From the NCBI GenBank assembly GCA_040767085.1, contig JAXGPF010000004.1:32001-96000 (forward strand): DNA of 64,000 nucleotides, given 5' to 3'. The stretch is from Kiritimatiellia bacterium. Lineage in GTDB: Bacteria > Verrucomicrobiota > Kiritimatiellia > JAAZAB01. The position numbers and the translations under genes were made by a program. The notes below the pieces were generated by a model that was not told the DNA's origin, made no database searches, and saw only the letters and a list, made by a program, of their open reading frames with translations. Shown here one piece after another: positions 20,403 to 29,994 of the stretch (the stretch's first letter is position 1; every line of letters begins with the position of its first letter).

Positions 20403-22563
20403 TCCCATAGACCGCTTAACGGAACTGCGCAAAGACGCGGTTTTCCGCCTTTTCAACACCAAGTTCAAGGCGCGGATGCGCATTACCGTCGGATCGGCCA
20501 CCTGCGAAAACGCCGCCGGGGCCGTCGCGGTGCACCAGCGCTTCGCGGAGCTGATACAGCAGCATGGCTGCGCCGACGAGGTCGTGCTCGGCCGCGTGGG
20601 CTGCGCCGGCCGGTGCGACATGGAGCCCGTGGTGACCATGGTGCCCTTCCGCGAAACCCCGGTGAAATACATTCACATGACACCCGCCAAGGTGGATGAG
20701 GTTTTCGAAAACCACATCCGCGGCGGACGGATTGTCGAAAAATACACCATGCGCAACCTGCTGGGCATCCGCAACGCCAAGCGCGTGGTGGCGTTGTGCG
20801 GCGGCTCGCATTGCCTGAAAAACCATTCCCTGGAAATCGAAAAGGCGTTCGCCGCCGCGCTGGAACGCCATGGCCTCGACAAATCCGTGGTCGTCACCCG
20901 CTCGGCCTGCCAGGGGCTTTGCGAACATGGTCCGATTGCTTTCATTTATCCCGACGGCGTCACCTACCACCGGCTGACGCCGGCCATCGCCGAGCGCATC
21001 GTCGCGGAGCATTTCGCCAAGGAACGCGTGGTGGCCGAGCACACCTGGACCGACAACCGCCTGGCCAACCGCTTTTTCCCGATTTTCGGCGACGTCCATT
21101 TCTTCAGCAAGCAATTGCGCCTGACCCTGCGCAATTGCGGTATCATCGATCCCGAAAGCCTGGATGAATACCTGGCGGTGCGCGGCTACGAAGCCATCGC
21201 CCATGTCCTCGCCACGATGACGCCCGCCGCAGTGGTGGACGCCATCACGCTCTCCGGGTTGCGCGGGCGCGGCGGCGCCGGCTTCTCCACCGGCATGAAA
21301 TGGAAGATGGGCGCGACGGCCAAGGGCGACCAGAAATTCATCATCTGCAATGCCGACGAGGGCGATCCGGGCGCCTTCATGGACCGCAGCACCATCGAAG
21401 GCGACCCCCACACCATCATCGAAGGTATGATGATCGGCGCCCGCGCCATCGGCGCCGCGCGCGGCTATATTTACATCCGCGCCGAATACCCGCTGGCGAT
21501 CAGCCGCCTGGAACGGGCTCTGGCGGACGCGCGCGCCGCCGGGCTCCTGGGTAAAAACATTCTCGGCACGGACTGGGATTTCGACATCACCCTCCGCCTG
21601 GGCGCGGGGGCTTTCGTCTGCGGCGAGGAATCCGCCTTGATCAAGTCCATCGAAGGCGAGCGCGGCATGCCGCGGCCGCGGCCCCCCTACCCGACTCAGG
21701 CCGGGCTCTGGGGGTATCCCACGGTGATCAACAACGTCGAAACGTTCGCCAATATCCCGGTCATCATCCTGGACGGTCCGGAATGGTTCCGCACGCTCGG
21801 CGCCGAGAAGAGCAAGGGCACCAAGGTCTTCGCCCTGGCCGGCAAGGTCAACAACAACGGCCTGATCGAAGTCCCCATGGGCACCACCCTGCGCGAAGTG
21901 GTTTACGACATCGGCGGCGGCATCAAGGATGGGAAGGAATTCAAGGCCGTCCAAACCGGCGGCCCCGCCGGCGGCTGCCTGCCGGCGTCCGCGCTGGACA
22001 CCCCGATCGACTACGACTCCCTGGCCGCCGCCGGCAGCATCATGGGCAGCGGCGGCATGATCGTGATTGACAATGAGACCTGCATCGTGGATGTGGCCAA
22101 GTTCTTCCTGGAATTCACCCAGAGCGAATCCTGCGGCAAATGCACACCCTGCCGCGAAGGCACGAAGCGCATGCTGGAAATTCTCCAGCGCATCACCGCC
22201 GGACAGGGCAAGCTGGAGGACCTTGACAAGCTGCTGCGGCTGGCGGACACCATCAAAAAAACCTCCCTCTGCGGACTGGGCCAGGCCGCGCCCAACCCGG
22301 TCATCAGCACGATCAAGCATTTCCGCGACGAATACGAAGCGCATATCCGCGACCGCCGCTGCCCCGCCGGCTCCTGCAAGTCGCTGCTCCGCTACGAAAT
22401 CATCCCGGACAAATGCGTCGGCTGCGGCGCCTGCCGGAAGAAATGCCCGGTGAACTGCATCGCCGGCAAGCCCAAGACCGTCCATGAAATCAACCAGGCC
22501 GCCTGCATCAAATGCGGCAACTGCCTGGCCGTCTGCAAATTTAACGCCGTTAAAAGGACTTGA
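20395..22563 (+). CDS. hydB: [FeFe]-hydrogenase NADH/FMN-binding subunit (HydB/HndC, NuoF-like) with an extra N-terminal thioredoxin-like 2Fe-2S domain
   Basis: SGLRGRGGAGF, CNADEGDPGAFMDR, GAGAFVCGEES, ESCGKCTPCREG, SLCGLG, C-terminal 2x[4Fe-4S] motifs. Confidence 0.9.
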   Translation: MPNPIDRLTELRKDAVFRLFNTKFKARMRITVGSATCENAAGAVAVHQRFAELIQQHGCADEVVLGRVGCAGRCDMEPVVTMVPFRETPVKYIHMTPAKVDEVFENHIRGGRIVEKYTMRNLLGIRNAKRVVALCGGSHCLKNHSLEIEKAFAAALERHGLDKSVVVTRSACQGLCEHGPIAFIYPDGVTYHRLTPAIAERIVAEHFAKERVVAEHTWTDNRLANRFFPIFGDVHFFSKQLRLTLRNCGIIDPESLDEYLAVRGYEAIAHVLATMTPAAVVDAITLSGLRGRGGAGFSTGMKWKMGATAKGDQKFIICNADEGDPGAFMDRSTIEGDPHTIIEGMMIGARAIGAARGYIYIRAEYPLAISRLERALADARAAGLLGKNILGTDWDFDITLRLGAGAFVCGEESALIKSIEGERGMPRPRPPYPTQAGLWGYPTVINNVETFANIPVIILDGPEWFRTLGAEKSKGTKVFALAGKVNNNGLIEVPMGTTLREVVYDIGGGIKDGKEFKAVQTGGPAGGCLPASALDTPIDYDSLAAAGSIMGSGGMIVIDNETCIVDVAKFFLEFTQSESCGKCTPCREGTKRMLEILQRITAGQGKLEDLDKLLRLADTIKKTSLCGLGQAAPNPVISTIKHFRDEYEAHIRDRRCPAGSCKSLLRYEIIPDKCVGCGACRKKCPVNCIAGKPKTVHEINQAACIKCGNCLAVCKFNAVKRT

Positions 22564-22565
22564 AC

Positions 22566-24335
22566 ATGAACACTGCCAAGGAAAACATCATCACCCTCTG
22601 GATTGACGGGGTGCAAACCACTACCCGCGAGGGCAACACCATCATGCAGGCCGCCGATGAGATCGGCGTCCGCATCCCCCGGCTCTGCTACCATCCCGAA
22701 TTGAGCATCCTGGGCGCCTGCCGCATCTGCATCGTGGAAGTGGAAGGCATGCGTAATCCCGTGGCCTCCTGCGCCCACCCGGCCGCCAACGGCATGCGCG
22801 TGCGCACCTCCTCGCCCCTGCTGCGCCGCCTGCGCCGCGATATCGTGGAGTTGATCCTGGACAACCACCCCAAGGACTGCCAGACCTGCGATCGCAACAA
22901 CACCTGTGAATTGCAGCGCCTGGCTTACGAGCTGGGCGTGCGCGAACGTCTCTTCGAAGGCGAACGCAAACGCCTCAAGACGGACGAATCCTCGCCCGCC
23001 CTGATCCGCAATCCGGAAAAGTGCATCCTGTGCGGCCGCTGCATCCGCGTCTGCTCGGAAGTCCAGGGCGTCAACAATCTTTCCCAGCAGGGCCGCGGCT
23101 TTAAGATGGTCGTGGCGCCCGCGCACGAAAAAGATATGGTGGATTCCGTCTGCATCCAGTGCGGCCAATGCATCAACGTCTGCCCCACGGCGGCCTTCGT
23201 GGAACAGAACCACACGGACGAGGTGTTCGAGGCCCTGGCCAATCCGGACCTGCATGTCGTCGTCCAGACGGCGCCTTCCATCCGCGCCGCCATTGGCGAA
23301 GGATTCGGCTTCGAACCCGGCACCCCCGCCACCGGTAAAATGGTCACCGCCCTGCGCCTGATGGGCTTCCACCAGGTGTTCGACACCAACTTCGGCGCCG
23401 ACCTGACCATCGTCGAGGAGGCCCACGAATTCCTGCACCGCCTGCAGACCGGCGAGCGCCTGCCGTTGATCACCTCCTGTTCGCCGGGGTGGATCAACTT
23501 CATGGAACGCTTCTACCCGGAATTGATTCCGCACGCCTCCACCTGCCGTTCCCCCATGTCCATGCTGTCGGTCCTGATCAAGACTTACTACGCCGAGAAG
23601 GCCGGGATTGACCCGCGCAAGATTTACGTGGTGGGCATCATGCCCTGCACCGCCAAAAAATTCGAGGCGCGCCGCCCCGAACACATGGCGCCATCCGGCA
23701 AGCCCTATACCGACGCCGTCCTGACCACCCGCGAATTGATCTGGATGATGAAATGTTTCGGCATCGATTTCCAGGATCTGTCGGACGGCGAATTCGACGC
23801 TCCGCTGGGCATTTCCTCCGGCGCCGGCGACATCTTCGGCGCCACCGGCGGCGTGATGGAAGCCGCGCTGCGCACCGCCTACGAGAAAATTACCGGCAAG
23901 GAATGCCCCAAGCTGGAATTCCCGCAGGTGCGCGCCGTGGAAGGCCTCCGGGAAGTCTCCCTGGCCATCAACGACAACATGATCAACCTGGCGGTGGCCA
24001 ACGGCTTGAACAACGCCAAGATTCTCTTCGAAAAGATGCTCAGCGGCGAAGCGCAATACCACATGATCGAAATCATGGCCTGTCCCGGCGGCTGCATCGG
24101 CGGCGGCGGCCAGCCTTACCCGCCGGAAAACATGCATGTGCTGGACCCGGAACTCACGCGCCTGCGCGCCAAGGCCCTGTACGACATTGACCAGGCCAAG
24201 AAATTGCGCAAGTCGCACGCCAACCCGGCCATCCAGAAATTATACGAGGAATTCCTGGGCAGCCCCAACAGCCACAAGGCCCATGAACTCTTGCATACCC
24301 ATTATCAACCGCGTTTGCCCAAAGGAGTGAAATGA
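22566..24335 (+). CDS. hydA: [FeFe]-hydrogenase catalytic subunit, group A (HydA/HndD)
   Basis: H-cluster motifs TSCSPGW, MPCTAKKFE, EIMACPGGCIGGGGQP; N-terminal 2Fe-2S and 4Fe-4S motifs; C-terminal AHELLHTHY. Confidence 0.95.
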   Translation: MNTAKENIITLWIDGVQTTTREGNTIMQAADEIGVRIPRLCYHPELSILGACRICIVEVEGMRNPVASCAHPAANGMRVRTSSPLLRRLRRDIVELILDNHPKDCQTCDRNNTCELQRLAYELGVRERLFEGERKRLKTDESSPALIRNPEKCILCGRCIRVCSEVQGVNNLSQQGRGFKMVVAPAHEKDMVDSVCIQCGQCINVCPTAAFVEQNHTDEVFEALANPDLHVVVQTAPSIRAAIGEGFGFEPGTPATGKMVTALRLMGFHQVFDTNFGADLTIVEEAHEFLHRLQTGERLPLITSCSPGWINFMERFYPELIPHASTCRSPMSMLSVLIKTYYAEKAGIDPRKIYVVGIMPCTAKKFEARRPEHMAPSGKPYTDAVLTTRELIWMMKCFGIDFQDLSDGEFDAPLGISSGAGDIFGATGGVMEAALRTAYEKITGKECPKLEFPQVRAVEGLREVSLAINDNMINLAVANGLNNAKILFEKMLSGEAQYHMIEIMACPGGCIGGGGQPYPPENMHVLDPELTRLRAKALYDIDQAKKLRKSHANPAIQKLYEEFLGSPNSHKAHELLHTHYQPRLPKGVK

Positions 24336-24874
24336 ACCAACCCGCCAAAACCGAGACCATGGCCGGCGCCGGCTTGCCGCAGGATATTATCGAATATATC
24401 GATCAATGCCGCGCCGCGCCGCATCCCGAAAGTTTTCTGATCGCGGTGCTGCAGCGCGTCCAGGAACGTTTCACCTGCCTGCGCCGCGAACATCTGGACG
24501 AGGTCTCGCAGCGCATGCAGATTCCCTCCGCCAAGGTCACCGGCGTCGCCACTTTTTATCATTTCTTTTCCTTCATTCCCAAGGGACGGCACCGTATCTC
24601 CGTCTGCCTCGGCACCGCCTGCTACGTTAAGGGCGCCGGCCAGGTGGTGGAGCGCCTGGGGGAACTGCTGGGCATCAAGCCCGGCGAAACCACCCCGGAC
24701 GGCAAATTTTCCCTGGATACTTCGCGCTGTTTCGGCGCATGCGCCCTCGCCCCGGTGATGGTGATCGGCGAAAAAGTTTACGGCAATGTGCGCCCGGATG
24801 ACCTGCCGGGCATCCTGGCGGAATACGAAGACCACGCGTCCGCCGCCGGCCGGGCGGCGGCAGCCCGGCAATAA
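24332..24874 (+). CDS. hydC: [FeFe]-hydrogenase 2Fe-2S subunit (HydC/HndA, NuoE-like)
   Basis: GVATFYHFF, VCLGTACYVKG, RCFGACALAPV. Confidence 0.9.
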   Translation: MNQPAKTETMAGAGLPQDIIEYIDQCRAAPHPESFLIAVLQRVQERFTCLRREHLDEVSQRMQIPSAKVTGVATFYHFFSFIPKGRHRISVCLGTACYVKGAGQVVERLGELLGIKPGETTPDGKFSLDTSRCFGACALAPVMVIGEKVYGNVRPDDLPGILAEYEDHASAAGRAAAARQ

Positions 24875-24900
24875 TCACTGCCGGCGGCGGTTGGAACATC

Positions 24901-25350
24901 ATGGCGGCAAGTCGCAAAATAGTGCTGGTGGACGACGACCGGAATTTCGTGGAATCCAACCGCGAACTGCTGGAAGCCTGCGGGTATGACGTTTTCACCG
25001 CGCACGATGGCCCGACCGGCCTCGAACTGGTCCGCCAGATTCATCCGGACCTGGTCGTGCTGGACGTGATGATGACCACCGACACCGAGGGCTTCGAAAC
25101 CGCCCGCGCCATCGCCGCCGATCACGCCTTGCGCCGGACGCGGGTCATGCTGCTGACCGGCGTGGCCAATGCCATGCACCTGCCATTCGACTTCGAGCCG
25201 GATGCCAAGTGGCTGCCGGTGGCCCGTATCCTGGAAAAGCCGGTTTCGCCCTCGATGTTCATCGCTGAGATTGAAAAACTTTTACTGAATCAACCAGATC
25301 AAGGAGACAAGCCATGCCCGCAGCCGCCCCCGCCCGCAAACGCATTTTAA
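24901..25350 (+). CDS. Single-domain response regulator (receiver)
   Basis: IVLVDDD, PDLVVLDVMM, LLTG, LEKP. Confidence 0.88.
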   Translation: MAASRKIVLVDDDRNFVESNRELLEACGYDVFTAHDGPTGLELVRQIHPDLVVLDVMMTTDTEGFETARAIAADHALRRTRVMLLTGVANAMHLPFDFEPDAKWLPVARILEKPVSPSMFIAEIEKLLLNQPDQGDKPCPQPPPPANAF

Positions 25351-25721
25351 TGGTGGACGATGACCAGGACTTCCTGGATTCCTGCAAAGCCGTGCTGGAA
25401 TCGGAAAATTACGAAGTGCTCACCGCCAACGACGGCGCGGCGGGCTTGGAACTGGCGCGGGGTTCCAAGCCGGACCTGATCGTGATGGACATGATGATGG
25501 CCACCACAACCGAAGGCATGGAAATCAGCCGGCGCATCCGGGAAACCCCGGAGTTGCGGCATTTGCGCCTGATCATGATCACCGGCGCGCGCTCCGCCAT
25601 GCACCTGCCGTTCCGGTTCGAACCCGACCCCCACCATCTGCCGGTGGACGCCGTCCTGGAAAAGCCCCTGTCGCCCGCCGCGCTGCTGCATGAAGTGCGC
25701 AAGCATCTGAACAACGCCTGA
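25314..25721 (+). CDS. Single-domain response regulator (receiver), paralog of the upstream gene
   Basis: ILMVDDD, PDLIVMDMMM, MITG, LEKP; SD AAGGAGA. Confidence 0.88.
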   Translation: MPAAAPARKRILMVDDDQDFLDSCKAVLESENYEVLTANDGAAGLELARGSKPDLIVMDMMMATTTEGMEISRRIRETPELRHLRLIMITGARSAMHLPFRFEPDPHHLPVDAVLEKPLSPAALLHEVRKHLNNA

Positions 25722-25762
25722 TCCAAGTTTCAATTTCAAGCATAACGCTTAATTTAATTTCT

Positions 25763-25793
25763 TTGTTGCATAGTTGCGCAACAATGCTACAAT
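25763..25793 (+). promoter_or_regulatory. Putative ArsR operator overlapping a promoter
   Basis: Inverted repeat TTGTTGC-N8-GCAACAA (25763-25784) followed by extended -10 TGcTACAAT. Confidence 0.6.
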
Positions 25794-25800
25794 ATGCGCC

Positions 25801-26133
25801 ATGCATTACGAAGAACTCAAAGCGCGGGCGCGGGTGATGAAGGCGCTCTCCAGCCCGGTGCGCCTTAAGATTGTCGAAGAATTGGGCAAGGGCGAACGCT
25901 GTATCTGCGAATTGCAGCCGCTGTTCCGCATGAACAAGTCCACCCTCTCGCGCCATGTCGCCGCCCTCCGCAACGTCGGCATCGTGGGCGAGCGGCGCGA
26001 GGGTGTCAAGTGCATGCTCCGGCTGCTGACGCCCTGCGTCCTGAATGTGTTTGAGTGCGCCATGGGCGTGATTCGCGCGGAAGCCCGGCGCCAGACAAAG
26101 CTGGTCGCAGGGAGGCATGTTGCAAAACCATGA
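25801..26133 (+). CDS. arsR: ArsR/SmtB family transcriptional repressor
   Basis: MKALSSPVRLKIVEEL..ERCICEL..STLSRHVAALRNVGIV. Confidence 0.88.
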   Translation: MHYEELKARARVMKALSSPVRLKIVEELGKGERCICELQPLFRMNKSTLSRHVAALRNVGIVGERREGVKCMLRLLTPCVLNVFECAMGVIRAEARRQTKLVAGRHVAKP

Positions 26134-27524
26134 ATGACGGCAATCGCAGGGAATTAAAAATACTCGGATGGTTGGCCGGTCTCTTTCTCGCGCTCTACTA
26201 CCTGCCGGTCGAAACGGCGCGGTTTCAGGGCGCCCTCATCGAGGCCTTCAAGCTGGCCAAATGGTACGCGCGGGAGCACGTGCTGCTCTGCCTTGTCCCG
26301 GCCTTCTTCATCGCCGGGGCGATCGGCGTGTTCGTGAGCCAGGCGGCGGTAATGAAGTACTTCGGGCCGAAGGCGCACAAAGCCCTCGCCTATGGCGTCG
26401 CTTCGGTGTCGGGAACCATTCTGGCCGTCTGTTCCTGCACGGTCCTGCCCCTTTTCGGCGGGATTTACATGCGCGGCGCCGGGCTGGGGCCGGCCATCGC
26501 CTTCCTGTATTCCGGACCGGCGATTAACGTCCTGGCCATCGTGCTGACGGCCCGGGTGCTGGGTTGGCAGTTGGGCGTAGCCCGGGCCATCGGCGCGGTC
26601 GTGTTCAGCGTGGTGATCGGCCTGCTGATGCACCTCATCTTTCTCAAGGAGGAGCGGGCCAAGGCGGCCCAGGCCCAGGATGTGTATCTCGGCAATGACG
26701 AAAAGGGCAACCGCCCCCTGTGGCAAGTGGCCTTGTACTTCCTCACGATGGTCGGCATCCTGGTCTTCGCCAACTGGGCCAAGCCGGTTGAGACAACCGG
26801 ACTTTGGTTTGCGATCTTCAAGGCCAAGTGGGCCGTTACCGCGCTGTTTGCGGTTCTCATGGGCGGGTGCCTGTGGCGCTTCTTCAAGGTGCGTCTGGCG
26901 TGGATCGTTCTGGCTGCGGTTCCCGTTGTGGTCCTGGCGCTTGCGTTTCCGGGATATCCGGTTCTGGCTTTCGCGGCCGGAGCGACTGGGTTGGCGGGGC
27001 TGACTTTCTTCGGTGGCGCGGAACTGAAGGATTGGCGCGAGCAGACCTGGGGATTTGCGAAGCAGATTCTGCCACTACTGTTCGGCGGGGTGCTCGCCGC
27101 GGGCTTCTTTTTGGGCAGCCCGGAAGGCAAGGACGCCGGCATTGTGCCGAATGTCTGGATTCAGGCGCTGGTGGGCGATTCGCCGGCGACATTGCTGCGC
27201 TTGGCCGGTGGCGGCGCGCAGGCTTTGGTTCCCGGCTGGCTGGCGTTGATCTGGCCCGTCTGGACCAACTTCTTCGCTTCGGTCACCGGCGCGCTGATGT
27301 ATTTCGCCACCCTGACGGAAGTGCCGATTTTGCGGGGGTTGCTTGACAGCGGGATGGGGCAGGGGCCGGCGCTGGCGCTCTTGTTGGCCGGGCCGGCGTT
27401 ATCCTTACCGAACATGCTGGTGATCAATTCCATCCTCGGCCCGAAAAAGACCCTGACTTTCGTCGGGTTGGTGGTGGTGATGGCGACGGTCACGGGCATC
27501 ATCTTTGGAGCGCTGGTTGCATGA
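26130..27524 (+). CDS. DUF318/ArsP-family permease
   Basis: LAVCSCTVLPLF, AFLYSGPAINV, MYFATLTEVPI, LLLAGPALSLP. Confidence 0.85.
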   Translation: MNDGNRRELKILGWLAGLFLALYYLPVETARFQGALIEAFKLAKWYAREHVLLCLVPAFFIAGAIGVFVSQAAVMKYFGPKAHKALAYGVASVSGTILAVCSCTVLPLFGGIYMRGAGLGPAIAFLYSGPAINVLAIVLTARVLGWQLGVARAIGAVVFSVVIGLLMHLIFLKEERAKAAQAQDVYLGNDEKGNRPLWQVALYFLTMVGILVFANWAKPVETTGLWFAIFKAKWAVTALFAVLMGGCLWRFFKVRLAWIVLAAVPVVVLALAFPGYPVLAFAAGATGLAGLTFFGGAELKDWREQTWGFAKQILPLLFGGVLAAGFFLGSPEGKDAGIVPNVWIQALVGDSPATLLRLAGGGAQALVPGWLALIWPVWTNFFASVTGALMYFATLTEVPILRGLLDSGMGQGPALALLLAGPALSLPNMLVINSILGPKKTLTFVGLVVVMATVTGIIFGALVA

Positions 27525-28864
27525 AGAATTCAAAAAACATAGGGCTGGCGCTGCTCGCCGGCGTGGGCGTGGCAATGCTGAATGCACAAGACTTTACCGG
27601 CCCATCCCCGCGCGCCTTAACGCTGGCGGATGCGCTGGATCTGGCCTTGCTGCAAAATCCCGATGTGGCCGAAACGCAAAGCCGGGTGGCGGAATCCGCG
27701 GCGCGCCTGGAGGCCGCCCGCTCCGGGGGGTGGCCAACGCTGAAGGCCCGCGGCGCCTATGATTACTGGACGGAAGATCAACGGTTGATGCCCGCGACGC
27801 GGAACGGCGATCAGGGCGTGTTCGGCGCGCAGACGCTGGGGGTGGAACTGGTTGCCAGCCTGCCGCTTTATACCGGCGGCCGCGTCTCCGGCGAGACGGA
27901 TGCGGCAGCGTGGAACCGGCAAGGAGCAGAGGATCAGTTGATGCGTGTGCGCGAGTCGCTCGTTTATCAGGTGACGGCCATGTTCTATGGCTTGCTGGCA
28001 CAGGATGAGGTGCTGCGGTCGCTGGAAACCGCCGTCCGCGCCATGGACGAGCAGCAGCGCAGCATCGCAGCCTTGGTGAAGGCGGGAAAGGCGGCGCGGG
28101 TGGACTTGTTGCGGGCCAATGTCCGGCGGGCTGAGCTGTACGAACGCCAAGTGCGGGAGCGCAGCAACCGTACTGTTCAACAGCGTGCCTGGGCGGCGCT
28201 GCTTGGGCTGGACGATGCCGCCGCCCCGGAAGCCCGGGGCAAACTGCGCATGCGAGAGGTCGCCGCCTGTCCTGGCGCGACGGAGTGCATGCAGCAAGCG
28301 CTTGCCCGGCGCGCGGATTACCGCGCCGCGCAGGCCGCGGTCGCGGCCGCCGGTGCCGGGGTGCGCGCCGCCCGCGCGGGCTACCGGCCCGCGATTTCCG
28401 CGCAGGCGTCGTATGGCGCGCGCTGGATGCCGGATCCGTCGGATCAGCCCGACGCGGCCGATGACCTGGCGGACGTTGGCCGGGCCGGCTTGCTGGTGGA
28501 AGTGCCCCTCTTCGACGGCAGGCTGACAAGGGCGAAGGTGGCGGAGCAAAAGGCGCGTCAGCGCGGAGCGCAGGAGCGCCTGCGGAAGCTGGAACTGCAG
28601 ATTCGCTTTGAAGTGGAGACGGCCTTGTCGGACATCGCTGCCGCGGGCGAGCGGGTCCAGACGGCCGAGCAGGCCGTCGGTCAAGCTGACGAGAGTTTCA
28701 GGGTTATGCAGGAGAAGTACGACCTGGGCAAGGGCACAATGACGGATGTGCTGGACGCCCAGACAGCGCTGGTGATCGCGCAGACCAACCATGCCCGCGC
28801 CCTGGCGGATCTGGCGGTAGCGGACGCGCGGCGCCGCCTGGCTACAGGGGAGATATTACCATGA
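27521..28864 (+). CDS. TolC-family outer membrane efflux protein
   Basis: LTLADALDLALLQNPD, two OEP repeats, DVLDAQ; precedes MFP and RND genes. Confidence 0.9.
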   Translation: MKNSKNIGLALLAGVGVAMLNAQDFTGPSPRALTLADALDLALLQNPDVAETQSRVAESAARLEAARSGGWPTLKARGAYDYWTEDQRLMPATRNGDQGVFGAQTLGVELVASLPLYTGGRVSGETDAAAWNRQGAEDQLMRVRESLVYQVTAMFYGLLAQDEVLRSLETAVRAMDEQQRSIAALVKAGKAARVDLLRANVRRAELYERQVRERSNRTVQQRAWAALLGLDDAAAPEARGKLRMREVAACPGATECMQQALARRADYRAAQAAVAAAGAGVRAARAGYRPAISAQASYGARWMPDPSDQPDAADDLADVGRAGLLVEVPLFDGRLTRAKVAEQKARQRGAQERLRKLELQIRFEVETALSDIAAAGERVQTAEQAVGQADESFRVMQEKYDLGKGTMTDVLDAQTALVIAQTNHARALADLAVADARRRLATGEILP

Positions 28865-29994
28865 AGACATATTTGGGATGGTTTGGATGCGCGCTGGCGA
28901 TGCTGCTGGCGGCAGGTTGCGGCAAGCAACAGGGAGCGGGCGAGCCGGCCCGGAAACCGCTGGCCTTGGTGCAGGTAGCGCAGGCGGAGAAGCGCGATCT
29001 TTCGAAGACACTTTCCTATACCGGCTCCGTGGAGCCGGTGAAGGTGGCGCGCATGGCGTCGCCGGCGGAAGGCCCGGTCGTGGAGTGCTCGGTCCGCGAG
29101 GGCGATGCGGTCAAGCAAGGCCAGATTCTGGTAAAAGTTGGCCGTAGCCGGATCGCCGAGACCGGACTTGATGCAGCCCGCGAGGAATTCCGCCGGCAGG
29201 AAGCGGAGTTTAAACGCGTCGCGCAATTGGTTAAAAGCGGATCTTTGGCGGGCGAACAACTGGACGCGGCGCGTTCGAATCTGAAGCGCGCCGAAGCACT
29301 GGTAGCGGCGATGGAGACGGGCGCGAGCGACTATGAAATTGAGGCGCCTTGGGATGGAATCGTCGCCAAGGTCTGGATATCTGAAGGTAACTACGTCTCG
29401 CCGCGCACGCCGTTGGTGGAAATCTACGAGCCGGCAAGCCTTGTTGTTCGGCTGTCCGTTCCCGAGCAGCAAGCGCTTGCGGTTCAAAAGGATCAACCTG
29501 TCAGCATCTCCCTGGACGCCTATCCGGACCGGCATTTCGGCGGCAAAATCGTCCGCGTGTATCCTGAACTGGAGCGCGTGACCCGGACCTTAACGGCGGA
29601 AGCCGTGGTGAGTGACGACGTGCGACTCCTGAGCGGCATGTTCGCCCGGGTGGAGGTCGCGGTGCAAACGTTGACGAATGCCGTCATGGTGCCGGAAAGC
29701 GCTTTGGTGGTGTTGCCCGGCGGGGAGACGGTTGCGTTCGTATTGGTGGACGGGAAAGCCGTCCGCCGCAAGGTCAAGGCGGCGATGGAGGCCGGCGGAG
29801 CCGTGGCCGTCGAAAGCGGCGTTCAGAGCGGCGAAATGGTGATTACCCGGGGCCACGATGCGCTCAAGGATGGCGCGCCGGTTCAGGTCTTGGGGCGGAA
29901 GCAGCAGGGTCCCGGCGGTCCCGCTGGCGCGGCCGGTAATCCCGTTCCCGCCAAGACCAAAAAACCAGCCGGGAAGGACCAGCCCGCATCATGA
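28861..29994 (+). CDS. RND efflux periplasmic adaptor (MFP), lipoprotein
   Basis: Lipobox LAAGC, VREGDAVKQGQILV, IEAPWDGIV, GMFARV. Confidence 0.9.
   Translation: MKTYLGWFGCALAMLLAAGCGKQQGAGEPARKPLALVQVAQAEKRDLSKTLSYTGSVEPVKVARMASPAEGPVVECSVREGDAVKQGQILVKVGRSRIAETGLDAAREEFRRQEAEFKRVAQLVKSGSLAGEQLDAARSNLKRAEALVAAMETGASDYEIEAPWDGIVAKVWISEGNYVSPRTPLVEIYEPASLVVRLSVPEQQALAVQKDQPVSISLDAYPDRHFGGKIVRVYPELERVTRTLTAEAVVSDDVRLLSGMFARVEVAVQTLTNAVMVPESALVVLPGGETVAFVLVDGKAVRRKVKAAMEAGGAVAVESGVQSGEMVITRGHDALKDGAPVQVLGRKQQGPGGPAGAAGNPVPAKTKKPAGKDQPAS

Noticed and set aside
23470-23495. TSCSPGW instead of TSCCPxW in HydA as a sign of inactivity
   Set aside because: This variant is common in multimeric group A enzymes and the other H-cluster motifs are intact
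18480-24218. Long minus-strand ORFs opposite the kinase and hydrogenase genes
   Set aside because: Antisense shadow frames
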